Assembly (NCBI RefSeq): GCF_026571515.1
Contig: NW_026857312.1
Coordinates: 1 to 64,000 of the forward strand
DNA: 64,000 nucleotides
Direction: 5' to 3'
From: Ruditapes philippinarum
Taxonomy: Eukaryota
Part shown: positions 62,176-64,000 of the stretch, piece after piece
Layout of the letters: every line of letters starts with the position of its first letter
Numbering within the stretch: position 1 is the stretch's first letter
The notes under the pieces: generated by a model
Databases searched by the model: none
What the model was told of the DNA's origin: nothing
The model's input: only the letters and a program-made list of their open reading frames with translations
Translations under genes and position numbers: made by a program

Positions 62176-64000
62176 ATTTATGTATGTAATTGAAACATAT
62201 ATTTTGCTGTTGAAATAAATTCTATATAATGTACTTTTTTTATTTTATTTTTGTATTGTAAATACTTTAAAGCTGATGTACACGTGTGTTATCAAAGCAG
62301 GATACTACATGCGATGTATTAAGACTGGGACATAAGATAACTTCTGTCCCAGATTAAGATGAGAATTTATAGCAAGCTAACTGAATTCATTTAATTTAAT
62401 ACTTCTTCCTACTTTCGACTTTGAATATACATGTATGATTTCAAAGACAGGTAGAGAGAAACAAGCATAATTAAATGAAAAAATTGACGAAATAGGACAG
62501 GCAATGAAATCGTTCGGCCATTGTACTCATTAAATTTGGTTCGACCATTGTACTCGTTTTCTTTAAAGATGCACAACTTCGTTATGCAACTTTACAAAGG
62601 ATGGAAATTGTTCATGACTGACAAACTTGCAATTGTGCACAAGATGTCATTGCTATTTTTGCTCAAAATGCGTTTCTTTTCCTGAAAGTACCTGTTCGTC
62701 CATTGTACTAATCACCCAAAACAACGTTTTCGACTTTCAGGCTTAAACAAAGAGAGCTACAAAGTAACCAGTAACAGAACAGTACGTGGTTTTTATTTGT
62801 TTGGGTCGTCAGATGGTAGCGAAATTTCAGACCCTGATGCTGTTAATTGCAAATGCCGAAAGTAATCCGCATTTTTTGAAGCGGTTATTTCCCTTTATAT
62901 ATACACTCACGCCGAAAAATTCAAGGGAGATCACTGCGTAAAGATTGTCAAATGACAGGCGCATTAATTTTCAAGCAAAATAGTTCCCGAATGGTCGAAG
63001 ATTTCTAAAATTGTTTTATTCTTTATAGATATACATGCTTATAATAAGCTCATGATTATTTACATCTATTTCAGCGTCGAAATAAGGAGTTACAAACCCT
63101 AACTTAGAATAATATGGGTTTCTACAGGCCGTTAGCATAATATCACCGTGGCCGAGAGGTTTGCCGCACGCTTAGGAATCGAGAGGTCTGGAGTTAAAAT
63201 CCCAGTTAAGGCAACTCATTTTTTAATTGTTTAAGTCAAATAAACATATTGAATTGAATATCAGTGTTGCGATTAGTCTTATAGCTAATTTACTACAGTT
63301 AAAACAATGGAAAGCATTGGTGGCACTATACAAAAACAAATTGGTTTATACAACCTTCACCTTTCTGACACTCTGAGACCCAAACAAATTCAGCGTCTTC
63401 TGTGCTTTGATTATACAGGGGTTCTGTGCGGCCTAGTTCTACAGTTAACTGTATGCTTACCTTTTACCGAGCGTTTTGAGCCCATTGTACGATTTTGGTC
63501 ACGTGATCATCCGCAGTGAGCATACTTGAAGTGATAAGATTAAATGTTTATTTTGATATTATTGTGAAATAAAATACAACTAGAACGGTTACTGTCACAA
63601 AAACATATGTCTCCCAAAACTATGGCAAGATTTTTTCTAATTTTAGCTCTGGTGGCCATTTTGTGCAACGAAGCTGAACATGCCTGTATTGTGCACAACC
63701 ACGGATTTATATTACAGGAATCGGACACTCCCAGTTAACCCTATATAAATGCTTAAATATCTTGTCGTGCGCCTGATAAAAGTACATCGATCGATAATTT
63801 ACCGGCGCTAAACGTAAATGCCCGTTCGCAACGGATACCTACTTTACAAAATACTATACAGCTTTTCCATTTATTATCCGATTTCGAAAATTTAAAGTTT
63901 ATTAAAGTTTATTTTGAAGAAAAATACTTGTTTAATTCAAATATCTAATTTATTTGTTGAAGGTACAGTTTATCTGTCCGCAACGACGATTAAAAAATTA

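Larger units (their letters stand above)
59590..63516. mobile_element. 3.9-kb composite insertion flanked by a 7-bp direct repeat (tgagcat), unclassified
   Basis: The paralog flank aaattagcatacttgaagtaataagattaaatg (about 43837) is split here between 59589 and 63517. Confidence 0.65.

Noticed and set aside
63140-63215. tRNA-like A-box and B-box (gtggccgagagg...gagttaaaatccc)
   Set aside because: No convincing cloverleaf; more likely a decayed SINE head.

Overview
AT-rich eukaryotic genomic DNA, most likely a bivalve mollusc. This is an inference from the expanded C1q-domain cluster, the Helentron/HINE-type elements with internal ~165-180 bp tandem repeats, and the tRNA-derived SINEs. Left part (943-25882, minus strand): six coding exons of a ZFYVE21 orthologue (FYVE plus PH-like domain). 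All have GT-AG junctions with compatible phases, the last exon probably lies left of the window, and the introns hold nested non-autonomous transposons. Right part (28652-59270, plus strand): a tandem array of two-coding-exon C1q-domain-containing (C1qDC) genes with signal peptide, coiled coil, RxRR site and globular C1q domain. There are seven exon-1 copies and about eleven exon-2 copies or relics. Copies 1 and 7 are intact. Copy 2 is intact only if it splices over a broken neighbour, and copy 6 has two 1-nt deletions. Copies 3, 4 and 5 are disrupted by deletions or transposons. A short gC1q loop is hypervariable between otherwise near-identical paralogs. Comparing paralogs reveals empty and filled sites for several insertions: Kolobok-like TTAA MITEs, a TGT..ACA element, a Crypton-like element, Helentrons, and a 2.5 kb foldback element with CAC..GTG ends and a 5-bp TSD (Transib/RAG-like signature). 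A decayed L1/Tx1 LINE and an assembly gap (46714-46854) are also present. No prokaryotic features, rRNA, functional tRNA or CRISPR were found.
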